A DNA stretch of 64,000 bases from Macrostomum lignano (taxonomy: Eukaryota), in the NCBI GenBank assembly GCA_002269645.1, contig NIVC01000507.1, forward strand, positions 310,001 through 374,000. Direction: 5' to 3'. Shown one piece after another: positions 16,901 through 28,675 of this stretch (position 1 is the stretch's first letter; every line of letters begins with the position of its first letter). The translations under genes and the position numbers were made by a program. The notes under the pieces are model-generated. The model saw only the letters and a program-made list of their open reading frames with translations. It searched no databases and was not told the DNA's origin.

Positions 16901-17045
16901 CCGTTCAACCAAGTTGTCAGCGCTGCTGCCCGACCGCACGCTGCGTTTTGTTCAGCCTGCCCGAGGGTTCCCCGCCACCGCCAACGGCATGGTGCAAATG
17001 GTTCGCGACCATAGACGTGGTCATCGATCCGAGCCGGTCGTCTGA
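10960..17045 (+). CDS. PSAP: Prosaposin-like protein: signal peptide, 1 SapA, 10 SapB domains; exons 10960-11017, 11500-11937, 12603-12805, 13703-13789, 13898-14995, 15426-15995, 16079-16651, 16878-17045
   Basis: Signal peptide MRASLHLAFVALLFCSLAA; SapA GSNPCSRGPGHWC...C.A..HC; ten CxxC...C...C...P..(I/V)C..LGLC saposin folds; all seven introns GT-AG and phase-compatible. The last exon is the least certain. Confidence 0.9.
12050..12440 (+). mobile_element. Dispersed element: hAT-like end followed by a CT-rich tract (homologous to 45880-46590 on minus)
   Basis: 12075-12185 aligns by eye to the reverse complement of 46460-46565 (TATCCGGCCCTCGGATCCTTTGAAAATTTACAAT vs TATCCAGCCCTCTGGTCCTTTAAAACTTCACAAT); both lead into CT-rich repeats. 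Confidence 0.55.
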
Positions 17046-17444
17046 GCACGGCAAAGCGAACTCGTACTAATTAAATTCCGTTTTTATTTCAGTATATTGA
17101 AAGACCCACAGCGCGTTGGTCGCAACAGAGGCTATGGTATGGGTCTCATTCGATTTTATTTTTCAACTTTCGATTCTCATATTCCGCTCTATTTTTCTTA
17201 TATAGCTAATCATTTAACTTCTTATCCGCTAAATTTATGTAATTTGCGTTGAACCTAAATTGTGATCGGTTTTGTAATTCAATAGTCGTATCAGGTGCTA
17301 ATAAATCACATTTGCACATTTCAGTAATGTTAGTTCATATGCGGTTTTGTGATACTTATATAATTGCCTGCGAGAATTTTCAATTCAGGATTTTACTCAA
17401 TTTATAGGAGGTTGCTTCAAAATGGACTTCATGCTTTTCTCCTA

Positions 17445-17616
17445 AATAACTAACTAACTAACTAAATGACTAACTAACTGACTAACTAAATAACTAACTG
17501 ACTAACCAACTAACTAACAAACAAACCAACAAACAAACAAACAAACAAACAAACAAACTAACTAACTAACTAACTAACTAACTAGCTAGCTAGCTAACTA
17601 ACTAACTAACTAACTA
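17445..17616. repeat. (CTAA)n/(CAAA)n microsatellite, left flank of the EnSpm element
   Basis: Seen directly in the sequence. Confidence 0.97.
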
Positions 17617-19314
17617 CCCAGTGGGACAACTAAGTGGGGCGTACAGTGGGCGGTGTGCGCCCTCGCGACCGCCTGTGAGGGCAGTCAGTAAATATTTTTA
17701 TTTTCACTTTACAATGAAGGATGATCTGATTTTTCAATGAGAAATTGTGATTTTGTAATCGTGATACTTTATTTCGCCTTAATAAGTACGATTTTTTAAA
17801 TCCTAATCGAAGCCGCCCGGTGATCGCCCGGCGGCCTATGAGGCGGCAACCTAAATTTGGCATGTTTCATGTTCCAGGCAGCTTTATTTAATAGCATTGC
17901 CCTTACAGCTTAGCAGGAGAACCGTTTTTTATCACAATAGGTGACTACTCTTTACAATAAACGTTAGGGAAATATTTGCTGTTGCCTAGTGCCAACATTG
18001 TGAAATTATTTTTCCGGAAAGATGTGTAGAGTTTCATAAAAATTTAAATGCGCATCAGACTACTTTTAGTAGCGTAGAGTTGCAGGCCCCCCGAGAACAA
18101 ATTTTTGTTTGCAGTCGAAAGAAGATTAAAAGCATCAAATAGACGATAAATATTAAATATTTGCGCTTTTAGAAAGTGAGCTTGTCTTTGCCATCTATTT
18201 TTAATTGCTGCTAAACCTGCTGATCGAACATGCCGGCTTAAAATGCCCCTTAGAAGTAGAATTAAGTGCTCCTCACTGGGTGAAACTACGAGTAGTGTCT
18301 GCAATGCTTGACTTCATGCTGTTCCTGTTGGCCAGAAATCCATAATCAATGATCTGAAAAATGCTGCAGCAGCTGTTACAGCTTTGAGTAGTGTCCACTA
18401 AAATCGCAGATTTTTTATTCCTGGATGCCGTTGCGCAGCTTGGATATTTCTCTGCAGGCAAAACTAACTATTGATTATTAAGATATTTTGTTTTCGTCAA
18501 AACACGCTGTTTTAACAGCTGGAATTTAAACCCACAGAATTTGGAACCCTGTATCTCTTTTGCTTCTTTGATTTAAAATCTAACAAAAAATATTTAAATA
18601 GCTAGTGCAATGGAAGTTAGGAAAAACCAAACAAGGTCTACGATTTCGATTCCGTCGGTTTATTTAAGCAAGATTCTACTGTCTCTTTTTCTCTCCATCT
18701 GTCCTCTCTCAACCTATTCCTCAGTCCCTTCTATCTGTCTACTCTCCTCTCTCCCTTTGTTCACACTGTTCTCCCCCCCTTCGATCTGTCTATACTCTCA
18801 CTCTGTTATCCCGGTCTTCTCTTCCGCTGTACCCTTTTTTCATCCTCCCTCTCTTGCATCTGCCCTGCCTCCCTTTCATCTGTCCTCTCTGCTGCTCTAT
18901 CTGTCTTCTTGTCTACTGCTTTTTCATCTCTTCTCTCTCCCTCTGTTTTCTATAGCTTTCTATGTTTCCCTGTTTTCTCTAACTGCTCTACTACTCCACA
19001 GGCGAAAGAATAGATAAAAATCAGGCAAACTTCACATGCTCATAGTTTCTGTCCTGTCCTGATTGAGTTATGAAGCTGAGACTCCATGTTTAGACAGAAA
19101 ACATATCAAGGCGCAATCGACTCAAGTTTGAAATAAATATATTTATTTGGGGCAAAGTTATGGCAGTCTAAATTGGCCAGGGAAGTAAGAGCTAGGTAAT
19201 CCGACCTATTGGCTCGCTGTGCTGCGCTGCGAGAAGCAAAGCTGACTCAAAGCTTTAACCCAGAGGCTGGCAAACTTTTTTCCTCAAGGGCCAGATGAAA
19301 AATCCAGTGCAAGC

Positions 19315-19980
19315 TCATGAGACATGAGAGACAGAGAGAGATGAGATAAGAAAGAAGACAAGAGGAGAAAAGAGGGAAGAGACGAGAGAAGGGAGAGAGG
19401 GAGGAGAGGAGAGAAGGAAGAGAAATAAGAAATAGGGAGAGAGGAGAGAGGGTAGAGAGGAGAAGGGTAGAGAGGAGAGAGGGTAGAAAAGAGAGAGGGT
19501 AGAGAAGAGAGGGTAGAGAGGAGAGAGGGTAGAGAAGAGAGAGGGTAGAGAAGAGAGAGGGTAGAGAGGAGAGGGTAGAGAGGAGAGAGGGTAGAGAAGA
19601 GAGAGGGTAGAGAAGAGAGAGGGTAGAGAAGAGAGAGGGTAGAGAAGAGAGAGGGTAGAGAAAAGAGAGGGTAGAGAAGAGAGGGTAGAGAGGAGAGATG
19701 GTAGAGAAGAGAGAGGGTAGAGAAGAGAGAGGGTAGAGAAAAGAGAGGGTAGAGAAGAGAGAGGGTAGAGAAGAGAGGGTAGAGAGGAGAGATGGTAGAG
19801 AAGAGAGAGGGTAGAGAAGAGAGAGGGTAGAGAAAAGAGAGGGTAGAGAAGAGAGAGGGTAGAGAAGAGAGGGTAGAGAAGAGAGGGTAGAGAGGAGAGA
19901 GGGTAGAGAAGAGAGAGGGTAGAGAAGAGAGGGTAGAGAAGAGAGGGTAGAAAGGAGAGAGGGTAGAGAGGATAGAGGAA
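19315..19980. repeat. Purine-rich GAGAGGGTAGAGAA(GA) tandem array inside the transposon
   Basis: Seen directly; preceded at 19261 by CAGAGGCTGGCAAACTTTTTT..AAGGGCCAGAT, which resembles a hAT-Charlie MITE end. Confidence 0.9.
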
Positions 19981-21459
19981 CTTCACATTGCCGAGCACGC
20001 TCTTACGAGGTACATAAGGTTCGGCCTAGTGAAAGAGAGTGCTTTTCGGCAAAGTGAAATTTTTGCCTAATGAAAGCGCCCCGTGAATTTGTTGCGGTTG
20101 TAAATTTTTATTGAGTTTTTAATATTTGTACGTTTGTAACTCACGCTAAAAATATCAACTCTTTCGTTTCAGACGACACACAAATCTCGAAGTATAGATA
20201 GTTACAAGCAGATACTGTTGTTCATTGTAGTAAATGTAAGACAGGACAAGTATGCAAAACAGATTAAGCGTTGTTGTTGAAAGGCTAAACTTTGTAATTA
20301 AAACGTAAAAAATATAGTTACTGTAACATTCACATGGGTATTAACGGCTTAATAAGCCTTAAAAGAGTTAGTAACCAGTTAATGAAACATATTGATAAAA
20401 AGTTAGTTTAATTATTCAAACACATAGTTCTCAACACTCAAATTTGATAAATCTAACTGTCGTTAATGCTGAAATTATTGACACACCTAACTCAGTGTCA
20501 AGAAATGAACGAACTTTATTTTCAGAAAAAAGCTCTCTTGACGGTTCGGATCTGTAGTGTCTTGGAAATTTAGCTGGCCTCTCTATTCACTGGTGTACTG
20601 GTGTTAACGCAGCAAAAGGGTGACAGGGGATACAGAAAATGCAAGGGAATGGGGAATCGTATATTTTCGATATTGTACAGGCCCACTCCCTCCACTCTCC
20701 AAGTGGATTCAAATTTCTGGCTGCGCCAAAAGTGTTCCTTTTCGAAGCCATTCATGGAAGCAGATAGATTTTAGCTCAGTTCTAGCCCACAGACCTGCTT
20801 CTAAGTTATATAGTTGTTTACTTTATGGGAGACTGAGTTCGAACAGAAAAGGCCTGTTTGATAGATAGCAAAGAAGCGGGCAGTGTGTTGGTGGGGAAGT
20901 ATGTATCAATTTTATTTCGAACTGAATTGCGAGAGAGATATATCGTGTAGAGGAGCAACTCAAAGCCTGTCGAGCCGACATTTTTTATGGCCACAACAGC
21001 TGCCTCTGTCTCTTTATACCCCACCCCCATAAGAAAAAAGCTTATTTCGAGCCTCTGTTTGATCCAGGCATGTCCAGGCCAGCAGGGTTCACAGACCATG
21101 AATAAAATGGGTCCCACGATTTCTATTAGCTATATAGCTATAAATCTTGGTTCAACAAATCAAAACAAAGAGAGCAAAGCAGAACAGAGAAAAAAACAGT
21201 CTAGCGTTCTCGATGTTTCAGTCTCTGTCTTTGTGTATTGATATTGCCAGTTCACAGTCGAATAAGCTAGTAGTTTTTTTCGGTAGATGCATGCGAGCCC
21301 TGCGAGGCGGAGTCGAGAAATCAAAGCAGCTGATCGATGATTCCAAAACAGCTGTGGGAAATGATACGAGTTTCAATAAGTTAGGCAATACACTTGTTTA
21401 GAAACCTTGAAAAAAAAACGTTGGGTTAAAATTGACTTACGAATCAGTTCATATCTAAT

Positions 21460-23424
21460 CTAATCCCTGTCGCCCGTTAGAGGCACAACGTGGAAACGAC
21501 TTTCTGCGTCAGTTGCTTCGGTATCCAGATTTTTTGAAGGCCAAATCCAGCATTTGCGTTGCGGCACACCACTAGTGACAATCGATGTAAGGCGGTAAAT
21601 CCCAATTCCAAGCGTGAGGGATTCGTATGGGTACGAGTAAACGTCACTCTCGGGAAGAAGAATCCTGCCAGAAACTAGTCCACTTGCTGAAAGGCTGTCG
21701 ATGTAGACGCACGTATTGCAGGTTTCATCGACAAAACAGCAGTTGTCACCTGCTGTCGGCCGGTATCTTAGTGCCGGAATGCTGTGGTTTTGAAGCAGCG
21801 TTTGCTTTCTCACCTTAAAAACTTGTTGGACGCAATGGGCTGCAAGGTGCCTTGTGACTTTAATGCTTCGCTTCACTGCACCCAGATAGTTTTCAAATGC
21901 AAACGTTGAGAAGTAATTAATATCTGCGTGTTGCCGCACGAACTGATCTAAATGAAGCAAAGCATGAATGTTATAACTAACGGACTGCTGTCCAAAAAGT
22001 TCCGCTGTTTTTAATACGAATTCTTCAATACATTTTTTAGCGTGGTCATACAAGTCGATCAGCCGCCTATCAGAGTAGACATATAGAGCAAAGTGCAGAA
22101 GCAAGAAATGATTAATATATTTTTCCTGCACGAAGCCTCGAAACAGAATCGGTCCCAAATAAAGTAAAAATTGGCGAAATTCTGTTGCTTTCATGTACTG
22201 TAAGTTTATATCAATTCGCCGAGGCCGTCTCTGAAACTCTGACGGTGTCCACGAAGCAACCAAAGTGATCTTATCCGACATTCGGCGCAACTGTGTCGGA
22301 TTAAGCTTGCATTCACCGGCTGGTCCTTTGCCAAAGTATAAGTTCATTAGCTTGCGAACAACACCAAGACAAACAGCATGCTGATAATCAAGAGGAAAAG
22401 ACGTGACAAAATCTATGCTCGGCAAATCCAGTAGCGGAGAACGAATCCTGCTTTTTGTTTCCTGGTTCCTCTCCATCCCTGCGCGATAGATCTTTCCGCA
22501 GCGGCTTTCTCCAGCCGTCAGTGCATAAGTCACACGGTTTGCAACACGAGGCCCTACCGCTCGGCAATAGCTGCAGCCATGATAGGAGTTGTGATTCAAG
22601 GTTGCCATTAAAAATGCTCGGGCGGGGGCGTCGCAAACGAAATAAATTGTTGATAGAGTAATGGAGACGTCTTTACTAATTGTGACAGGACCAGAAAGAA
22701 ATTTTGTGGCCTCTTGGCAAAATTCTTGAAGGTAGGGCAAAAGTGGAGGTTTTCCAACGCCGGCCCAAACTCCCACCGGAAAAGGCTTTGCGAATGCGCC
22801 AGGAATTTTCATTAAAATAGGCCACAGTCCGAATCCACTCGAATGGTAGAGTGGTAAACCATCGCAATTGACGATTCCTTCGAACTTAAACACTTTAGGA
22901 GTGGAACTTTGATCATCACGGTGCTCATTCTCGGGCATCAGTCGCAGCAGACCTTGGCTGAGCAGCAACTGCAGGTTATCAAGAATCGACACATACCGGA
23001 AGTGTCCATTGCCCATTGGAGTTGTCTTTCCAGTGGGTTGATCTTCTTTCAGAATTCGCTCGACTGTTTTATAGTTAGGTGCTGGCAAATCAATCGCACG
23101 AAGTCCGGCCAGTAGGAAAATAGCCGCTGGTCTGGAATAGCCAAAGATGGTGAAGAAACTGACCAGCAAGTCCAGCAGTTTCTTCTCTGTTGAGCGAATA
23201 TCCTGGGGTTTCTCTTCCTCTTCATCGTCAGTGCTGCTCAACGACCGAAGCTCATCAAAGCCAGCTTCTTCTTCCTCAACTTCAGCAGTTTCTGTCGGCT
23301 CCTCCGTGACATCAACTTCTACAGGGCTAGCTTCAGGCATTGCTTTGCCATAGCCGACATCGTCCCGGAGAAACCTAGTCATTAGGAAATCATCCGCTCT
23401 TCTTCGTTTGCTCCTTGATGCCAT
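21460..23424 (-). CDS. EnSpm/CACTA-type DDE transposase (654 aa, intronless, no stops)
   Basis: Motifs NCDGLPL..SS..LWPIL, CDAPARAFL....H..YHGCSYC, DYQHAVCLGVVRKL, MKATEFRQFLLY, FAFENYLG, typical of animal CACTA-like transposases. Confidence 0.9.
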   Translation of the reverse strand: MASRSKRRRADDFLMTRFLRDDVGYGKAMPEASPVEVDVTEEPTETAEVEEEEAGFDELRSLSSTDDEEEEKPQDIRSTEKKLLDLLVSFFTIFGYSRPAAIFLLAGLRAIDLPAPNYKTVERILKEDQPTGKTTPMGNGHFRYVSILDNLQLLLSQGLLRLMPENEHRDDQSSTPKVFKFEGIVNCDGLPLYHSSGFGLWPILMKIPGAFAKPFPVGVWAGVGKPPLLPYLQEFCQEATKFLSGPVTISKDVSITLSTIYFVCDAPARAFLMATLNHNSYHGCSYCRAVGPRVANRVTYALTAGESRCGKIYRAGMERNQETKSRIRSPLLDLPSIDFVTSFPLDYQHAVCLGVVRKLMNLYFGKGPAGECKLNPTQLRRMSDKITLVASWTPSEFQRRPRRIDINLQYMKATEFRQFLLYLGPILFRGFVQEKYINHFLLLHFALYVYSDRRLIDLYDHAKKCIEEFVLKTAELFGQQSVSYNIHALLHLDQFVRQHADINYFSTFAFENYLGAVKRSIKVTRHLAAHCVQQVFKVRKQTLLQNHSIPALRYRPTAGDNCCFVDETCNTCVYIDSLSASGLVSGRILLPESDVYSYPYESLTLGIGIYRLTSIVTSGVPQRKCWIWPSKNLDTEATDAESRFHVVPLTGDRD

Positions 23425-23555
23425 GACGTATAATTACGTTTCCGTTTCGTTCAATAAAATTTTAAACAAATAATCAAATTTGAATGATCAAGAATTTCTA
23501 ATCAAAATTGTAAGATGAACAACACCAACACTCTGCCATCGCCCGCACTGAGCGC

Positions 23556-23608
23556 TTAGCCAATCCAGCGAAAGGGCGGGCCAACCGCAATCGGATCCCA
23601 TTGGCTAA
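23556..23608. promoter_or_regulatory. Candidate bidirectional promoter: inverted CCAAT boxes around a GC box
   Basis: TTAGCCAAT (23556-23564) and its exact reverse complement ATTGGCTAA (23600-23608) flank GGGCGGG, between the two divergent element ORFs. Confidence 0.55.
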
Positions 23609-23786
23609 TTTGCTGAATGGTGCCACTGCCACCCCGATATTTGAAACTATGACTTGTCTTCTTAACTTCCAACTGCTCTACTACCTTCCCCCGTGCAATT
23701 GTCGTGCGATCTGCGTGCATTGTCAATCCAAAAAATCATTTTTTAAGTTTAAAAATGAAATTTTTAGTTGTTTTTGCAATTGACAG

Positions 23787-26095
23787 ACAAGTAGTTGAGA
23801 TGATGGAAGAGGATGTGATTCTGCCTTCACATCTAAAAAATCTGACAGAGCAGGAGTGGCTCGATAGGAGCCATTGTACATTAAAATGGAAATGTGAAGT
23901 GCTGTACAACGAAAAGTATTACGAAGCTTACATTGTTCAGGTAAGAATTTAACAATATTTTATTGATTTTCTGATTTTCGGTGATTTTAAAAAAAATGAA
24001 CTAATGAAATTGATGCATAAAAATTCAAGAAATAACCTACAAATCATTTTAGGTTATTATGGAAGACTGTCTGGAGGCCAGCAGCTTCAGCTACGCAAGA
24101 GAATTAATTAGGAAGAAGAAACGGCTAGCCGATGTACTAGAGAAAGTGCAGCCACGCGTCTTCACCCGCGAAGATTGGAGAAGGGCCCGCAGCCGTTATC
24201 AAATAAGGGTAAGCTGTTATTCCAAGTCAACTAGTGGGTCAGTATGTGGGTGAGTCAGTGGATGAGTGGTTCAGTGAGTAGTTTGCCTTCCACATCCTCC
24301 TATTTAGAATGAGGCAACTGGATCAGCCTCAAACACGGATGATTTCTTTCAAAGCGATCCGGAGTCTGATGCTGAATTTGTTGCCACGACGAATTCGACG
24401 ATTTCGAAAGGCTCTGCATTGCCGCCACTTCCACCGGCATTTGCTGCTGCTAGAAACGCAGAGACCCCAGCAGCGGTTGCGGCAGCGAAAGAGATCGAAG
24501 CCTCTAAAAGTGCGGCCTCCACAGCCGCAGCTGCGGAGGCTTTAGCGGCAGAAGCGGCAGCGCCCGAAGCGGCAGCGGCGGAAGCGGCAGCGGCGGAAGC
24601 GGCAGCGGCGGAAGCGGCAGCGGCCGAAAGGGCAGCGGCGGAAGCGGCAGCGGCGGAAGCGGCAGCGGCCGAAGCGATAGCGGCGGAAGCGGCAGCGGCG
24701 GAAGCGGCAGCGGCGGAAGCGGCAGCGGCAAAAGCAGCACAGGCGGCGGCGGCGAAGGCGGCAGCAGCGAAGGCGGCAGTGGCAAAAGCGGAAGCGGCAA
24801 AGGCAGCTGCAGAGGCGTCGACGATTCAAAAAACTCTACTGAGCACTGCTGCTGATGCTGGCACACCTGCTGCTGGCACAGACGATCGGCCAGTCCGCTT
24901 GCAGTTCGGGCCGGGCCCAATCAAGAGGCTGCAAGAACAGCTTCAGTCTATTGCGCCAATGCCCTTAAATTCCGCTGACGGCCTCGTATTCCTCCATGTA
25001 TCTCAGCTGCGAGAGCTGGTCCAGCGGACAATGAAACTGGAGGAAAGCCAGCAGCAGATAATCAACATACTGGCTGGAATTCAGGCCCGTCTGGATCAGC
25101 GGGCAGGGCAATCAGCCAGCTTGCTGTTTGAACCTCTGAGTTCACTGGAGGAGTATGCTCGCTTCCTCGCTGATTTGCCTTCTGAGCGAGTTTTGACTTT
25201 GGTAAGTTTCAGTGTTAACCTATTTTAATTAAAAAATTCCCCTACTTGCTACTGCTTCTGAGGAGTAAGTAGTAAAAGTAGTTTCGTTTCTATATTAATC
25301 GAAATTAAGCTGGAACCCAACTTACTGTCACTTCCCTCAGATTAATCATCTCCGTCTATGCCGGCGCGGAGATTGGGCAACTGCAGTCACCGACATGGTC
25401 AATGTCATCCTGACGCCCCGACTGCAAGCACTTGTCAATTTCAATGGACAGGGCATGCGGAACAGGGTGTGCCAGTCTGGTGCAGCCACGGAGCTATCCG
25501 ATCGGGAGCTCGCGTTTCAATCCAAGTTTTTGGGCTACATCCAAGGTACGATATTCTGTTATTAAGCTAAATGCAGCTAACCCTTCTTGCAATCTGTAAC
25601 CCATAAAAACAATTATAATTATAATGCTTATTTTACACGGATATAGTCATTTTATACCACAATCTTGTATAGTTATCGACCTATTTTGCATCCCTTGTTG
25701 GAATTGCAGATGCCGTCTCAGCAATTTACGGCACCAGAGCGGAGGACGGCAGGCCGTCTCAGGATCTGGTCGCTAGCCAAGTGCGGCAGTACCTGAGGCA
25801 CGGAGCTGACCGAATCTCGGGGCGGTCGCATCGCCGCAACACAATCGGTGCCATGACGCCATCAAATTCAATCAGCGCAAGAAGCGCAGCCTCGACTCCA
25901 CAAGCCAGCGGGCTTTCGCAGGCCACCACATCTGCTACGCCGCAGCGGGCCCAGAAGCGGCCAGCTCCTACTCAGCAGCAGAGGGCAGCAAAGCGCCGCA
26001 GTGCGAATGTAAACAGAGCTGTTCGAGAAATGGATGATTTGATGGGGTCGAGTGACGATGAGTTTCGGTGTCCTTCCGACTACAGTGACGATTAA
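23787..26095 (+). CDS. Second transposon ORF, DUF4806-like, with an (EAAAA)n tract; exons about 23787-23940, 24053-24208, 24308-25201, 25341-25545, 25710-26095 (5' end uncertain)
   Basis: Phase-consistent GT-AG exons give FEPLSSLEEY..L|INHLRLCRRGD..AV.DMVNVILT..L...NFNGQG and VRQYLRHGADRISGR, the pattern of DUF4806 ORFs that accompany this transposase family (recognised by eye, no HMM run). Confidence 0.75.
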
Positions 26096-26361
26096 ATGCG
26101 TAATATAGTTAAAATAGTATCAGAAATGTGAAAGCCTATAGGCTAATTAAGGTGCTTTTGTAAGATACTGAGCTTAGAAGAGTTGCTGCTTAGTTATGCA
26201 TAGATACGCATAGGTCCGGGGTTTCAAGTCGGTAAAATAGGGTGGGGGACCTCACATCGTTCATTTGTTCATTTGTTCCCCTATTTGATTAAAAACTTCT
26301 GATCGTTGCACGGGCCGCTACTGTTGCTGGCTGAAGTGGAGGAAAGTTAACAACTGACTCG

Positions 26362-26592
26362 AAGTGTCGGATCTGGAATTTCATTTCGGGGGGTCCCAGT
26401 GTGGGGGCGCCATCAAGAGTATGAGGGGCGCCATTTTTAAGCTAGGGGGGCGCAAAAAGTGTGTTAAAAGTAAAAAATGAAGCTATGCACAAAAAACTTA
26501 GGTTTTTAAACTTAGGTAAAAAAAATATTTTTTATCAAGCTATTTTGATAGGGGGCGGCCGCCCTAATGCCCCCCCCCTCAATCCGCCCCTG
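26362..26592. mobile_element. 231-bp MITE nested in the transposon (CAGGGGCGGAT-type ends, 8-bp TSD)
   Basis: Right end AATCCGCCCCTG, degenerate left end AAGTGTCGGATC; flanks CTGACTCG / CCGACTCG. Confidence 0.6.
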
Positions 26593-27079
26593 CCGACTCG
26601 CTTCACTCCTGATTTTGCTAATATTCATTTGTAATTTCTTTTTTAAAGAATTATTGCGCTTATTTATAAAATGTTTTAATGCCTTAAAATACTTGCAAAT
26701 AATTAAAATACACGAACTACCTATGACTTAAATATACATTACGGAGTTGCCTGCACCAGTAGGAACAAAACGAAGCGAACAAGTCTTTGAATCATTCTAA
26801 TAGCCTTAATTACGAAGCCAGTGATCGCTAATATCCCAAAATCGAAAAATCCAAAAAGCAGAAAAATCGTGAAAAAAATGCTGAGTGAATGCAGCAAAAA
26901 AGAAATTTGTGCTAATTCTACTACTAATAGTAGGCTTATGAGCAAATTTCATCAGGCTCCGTCCAGCGGCGCCGCCCCGGACGCCGGGGCGGAGGTCACG
27001 TAGCTCCATGGGGCGGCCGTCGCCCAAAAAGGGCGGAGGCGCGGGCGGACATCGGGGCGGACGGAAAAGTCCCACTGGG

Positions 27080-27086
27080 TAACTAG

Positions 27087-27175
<89 letters not shown>
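27080..27175. repeat. (CTAA)n, right flank of the transposon
   Basis: Seen directly in the sequence. Confidence 0.98.
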
Positions 27176-27176
<1 letters not shown>

Positions 27177-27649
27177 GTTGTCTATAAAATACGAGGCCCT
27201 GGTGGATAATCCTGGCTACGCCCCTCAGTTGAATGCAGTTTGAGCTGCCAACTTCGTTGCTTTTTACAGTCTCGTGTCATATCGACCCCTTTGATGGTCC
27301 AATTTTATATGAGCTAGATTAGGTGGCTCATGTTTTTTACTTGATTGATTAGGGTTGATTATAAATTAATGTTAGAATCAGCTTGGGTTTTAATCAACGA
27401 TTTCAAGGCACTAGCTGCAGTGCTTGCTCTATGCATTGGAGATGAAATTAAGCCTTTGTTCATTGGGCCACTTTATTGGGAAGCGATTGCGTTTCGTCAG
27501 CTGTGATGCCGGTTCTCGCCATAGTATGTGGTCTTTTTCTGCTTAGTATAAGTCGATCCGTTCGCCGTTCTGTACTTCTCTTCGAATATCACCAAGGTGC
27601 GATCGTTCTGATACTCAGTGGAAGTGCTTGTGGAGACTAGAGTTTTACT

Positions 27650-27835
27650 ACAGCCCCATTGAGCCTTGACATCTCAGCATCTCCTCATTGAGCCATGGCA
27701 TCTCAGCAACTCCTCATTGATCCATGGCATTTCAGCAACTCTCCATTGAGCCTTGGTATCTCAGTAACTCCTCCATTGAGCCGTGGTATCCCAGCAGATC
27801 TCCATTGAGCCTTGGTATCTCAGTAACTTCCCCTT
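27650..27835. repeat. About 30-bp minisatellite CATTGAGCCATGGCATCTCAGCAACTCCTC (copy A)
   Basis: About 6 units here, about 15 at 31640-32085. Confidence 0.9.
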
Positions 27836-28101
27836 TAAAATGAGTGAAGACAACATGAATATAGAAACGGTTTTAAATTTACTTTCGCTTACTAAATTTT
27901 ATTTCTTGTAAATAAATAAGAATGAGATGATTGTCCAAAGGCTCCTAACTGAGCCGCAACAAAGAGAAACATAAGTATCGCCCTCTGGCGCGCACTAGGT
28001 CTATTTATAGACATCAAAAATGGGGTGGCACAAAGAAAAGTCCACCGTCACACTCGTGTAGTAAGTAAACTCAGACAGTTATCGCGAGGCGGAAAATAGT
28101 A

Positions 28102-28392
28102 TTGGTTCTGTCAGCCTAACTGAGAATAAAGCCATCCAAAGTGAGAATCCTGCCTACGCTGACTGCGAAGGGCCTGGCTGCGTACAGCCTTAGTCTATGG
28201 GCCATAGACAATAAAGGACAAGCAAAGTGATAAAAAGCCATCCAATGAATCGATTGGTCTTTTAAAACTTTGCTTGTCCTTTATAGTCTATGGCTCATAG
28301 ACTAGGCTGGACGCAGCTAGGCCCTTCGTATTCAGCGTAGGCAGGATTCTCACTTTGGATGGCTTTATTCTCAGTTAGGCTGACAAAACCAA
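28102..28392. mobile_element. 291-bp foldback MITE with TA TSD (Tc1/mariner-like)
   Basis: About 125-bp arms (TTGGTTCTGTCAGCCTAACTGAGAATAAAGCC.. / ..GGCTTTATTCTCAGTTAGGCTGACAAAACCAA); the empty site AATAG-TA-CGACTC is seen in copy B near 32270. Confidence 0.92.
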
Positions 28393-28675
28393 TACGACTC
28401 TCACTAGAGCCGCCATCTGTTAGTAAAGCTATATTTGAGGTGCAAACACCCCTCCGATTATTTATTGATTGGGCGTGGCCCGATATACATAAGTAAAGTT
28501 CACGGTAGAGAGGATTTAAAGTTCGAGCATTACTTTGTGAATAAACAAATTCACAGTTCACAGATATTGACAGTTGACAGAGTGGTTTACACAGTTCGAA
28601 TCATTTTTACTGCTTCTTGTCACGGCACTTCGCCGCGCGCGGATGCGGTCGCGTCGCCAGCGGCCCCTCTCGAGT

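Larger units (their letters stand above)
17617..27079 (-). mobile_element. Full-length EnSpm/CACTA-like (CMC) DNA transposon, 9463 bp
   Basis: 11-bp TIR CCCAGTGGGAC (17617) / GTCCCACTGGG (ends 27079), TA duplicated on both flanks inside a (CTAA)n tract, GC-rich GGGCGG subterminal repeats, intact transposase and a divergent second ORF. Confidence 0.9.

Noticed and set aside
27885-28052. Second solo LTR (TGTGAC start, TATAAATA, AATAAA on minus)
   Set aside because: No matching CA terminus or TSD found; it may be part of the LTR remnant downstream of the chimeric ORF but cannot be delimited.
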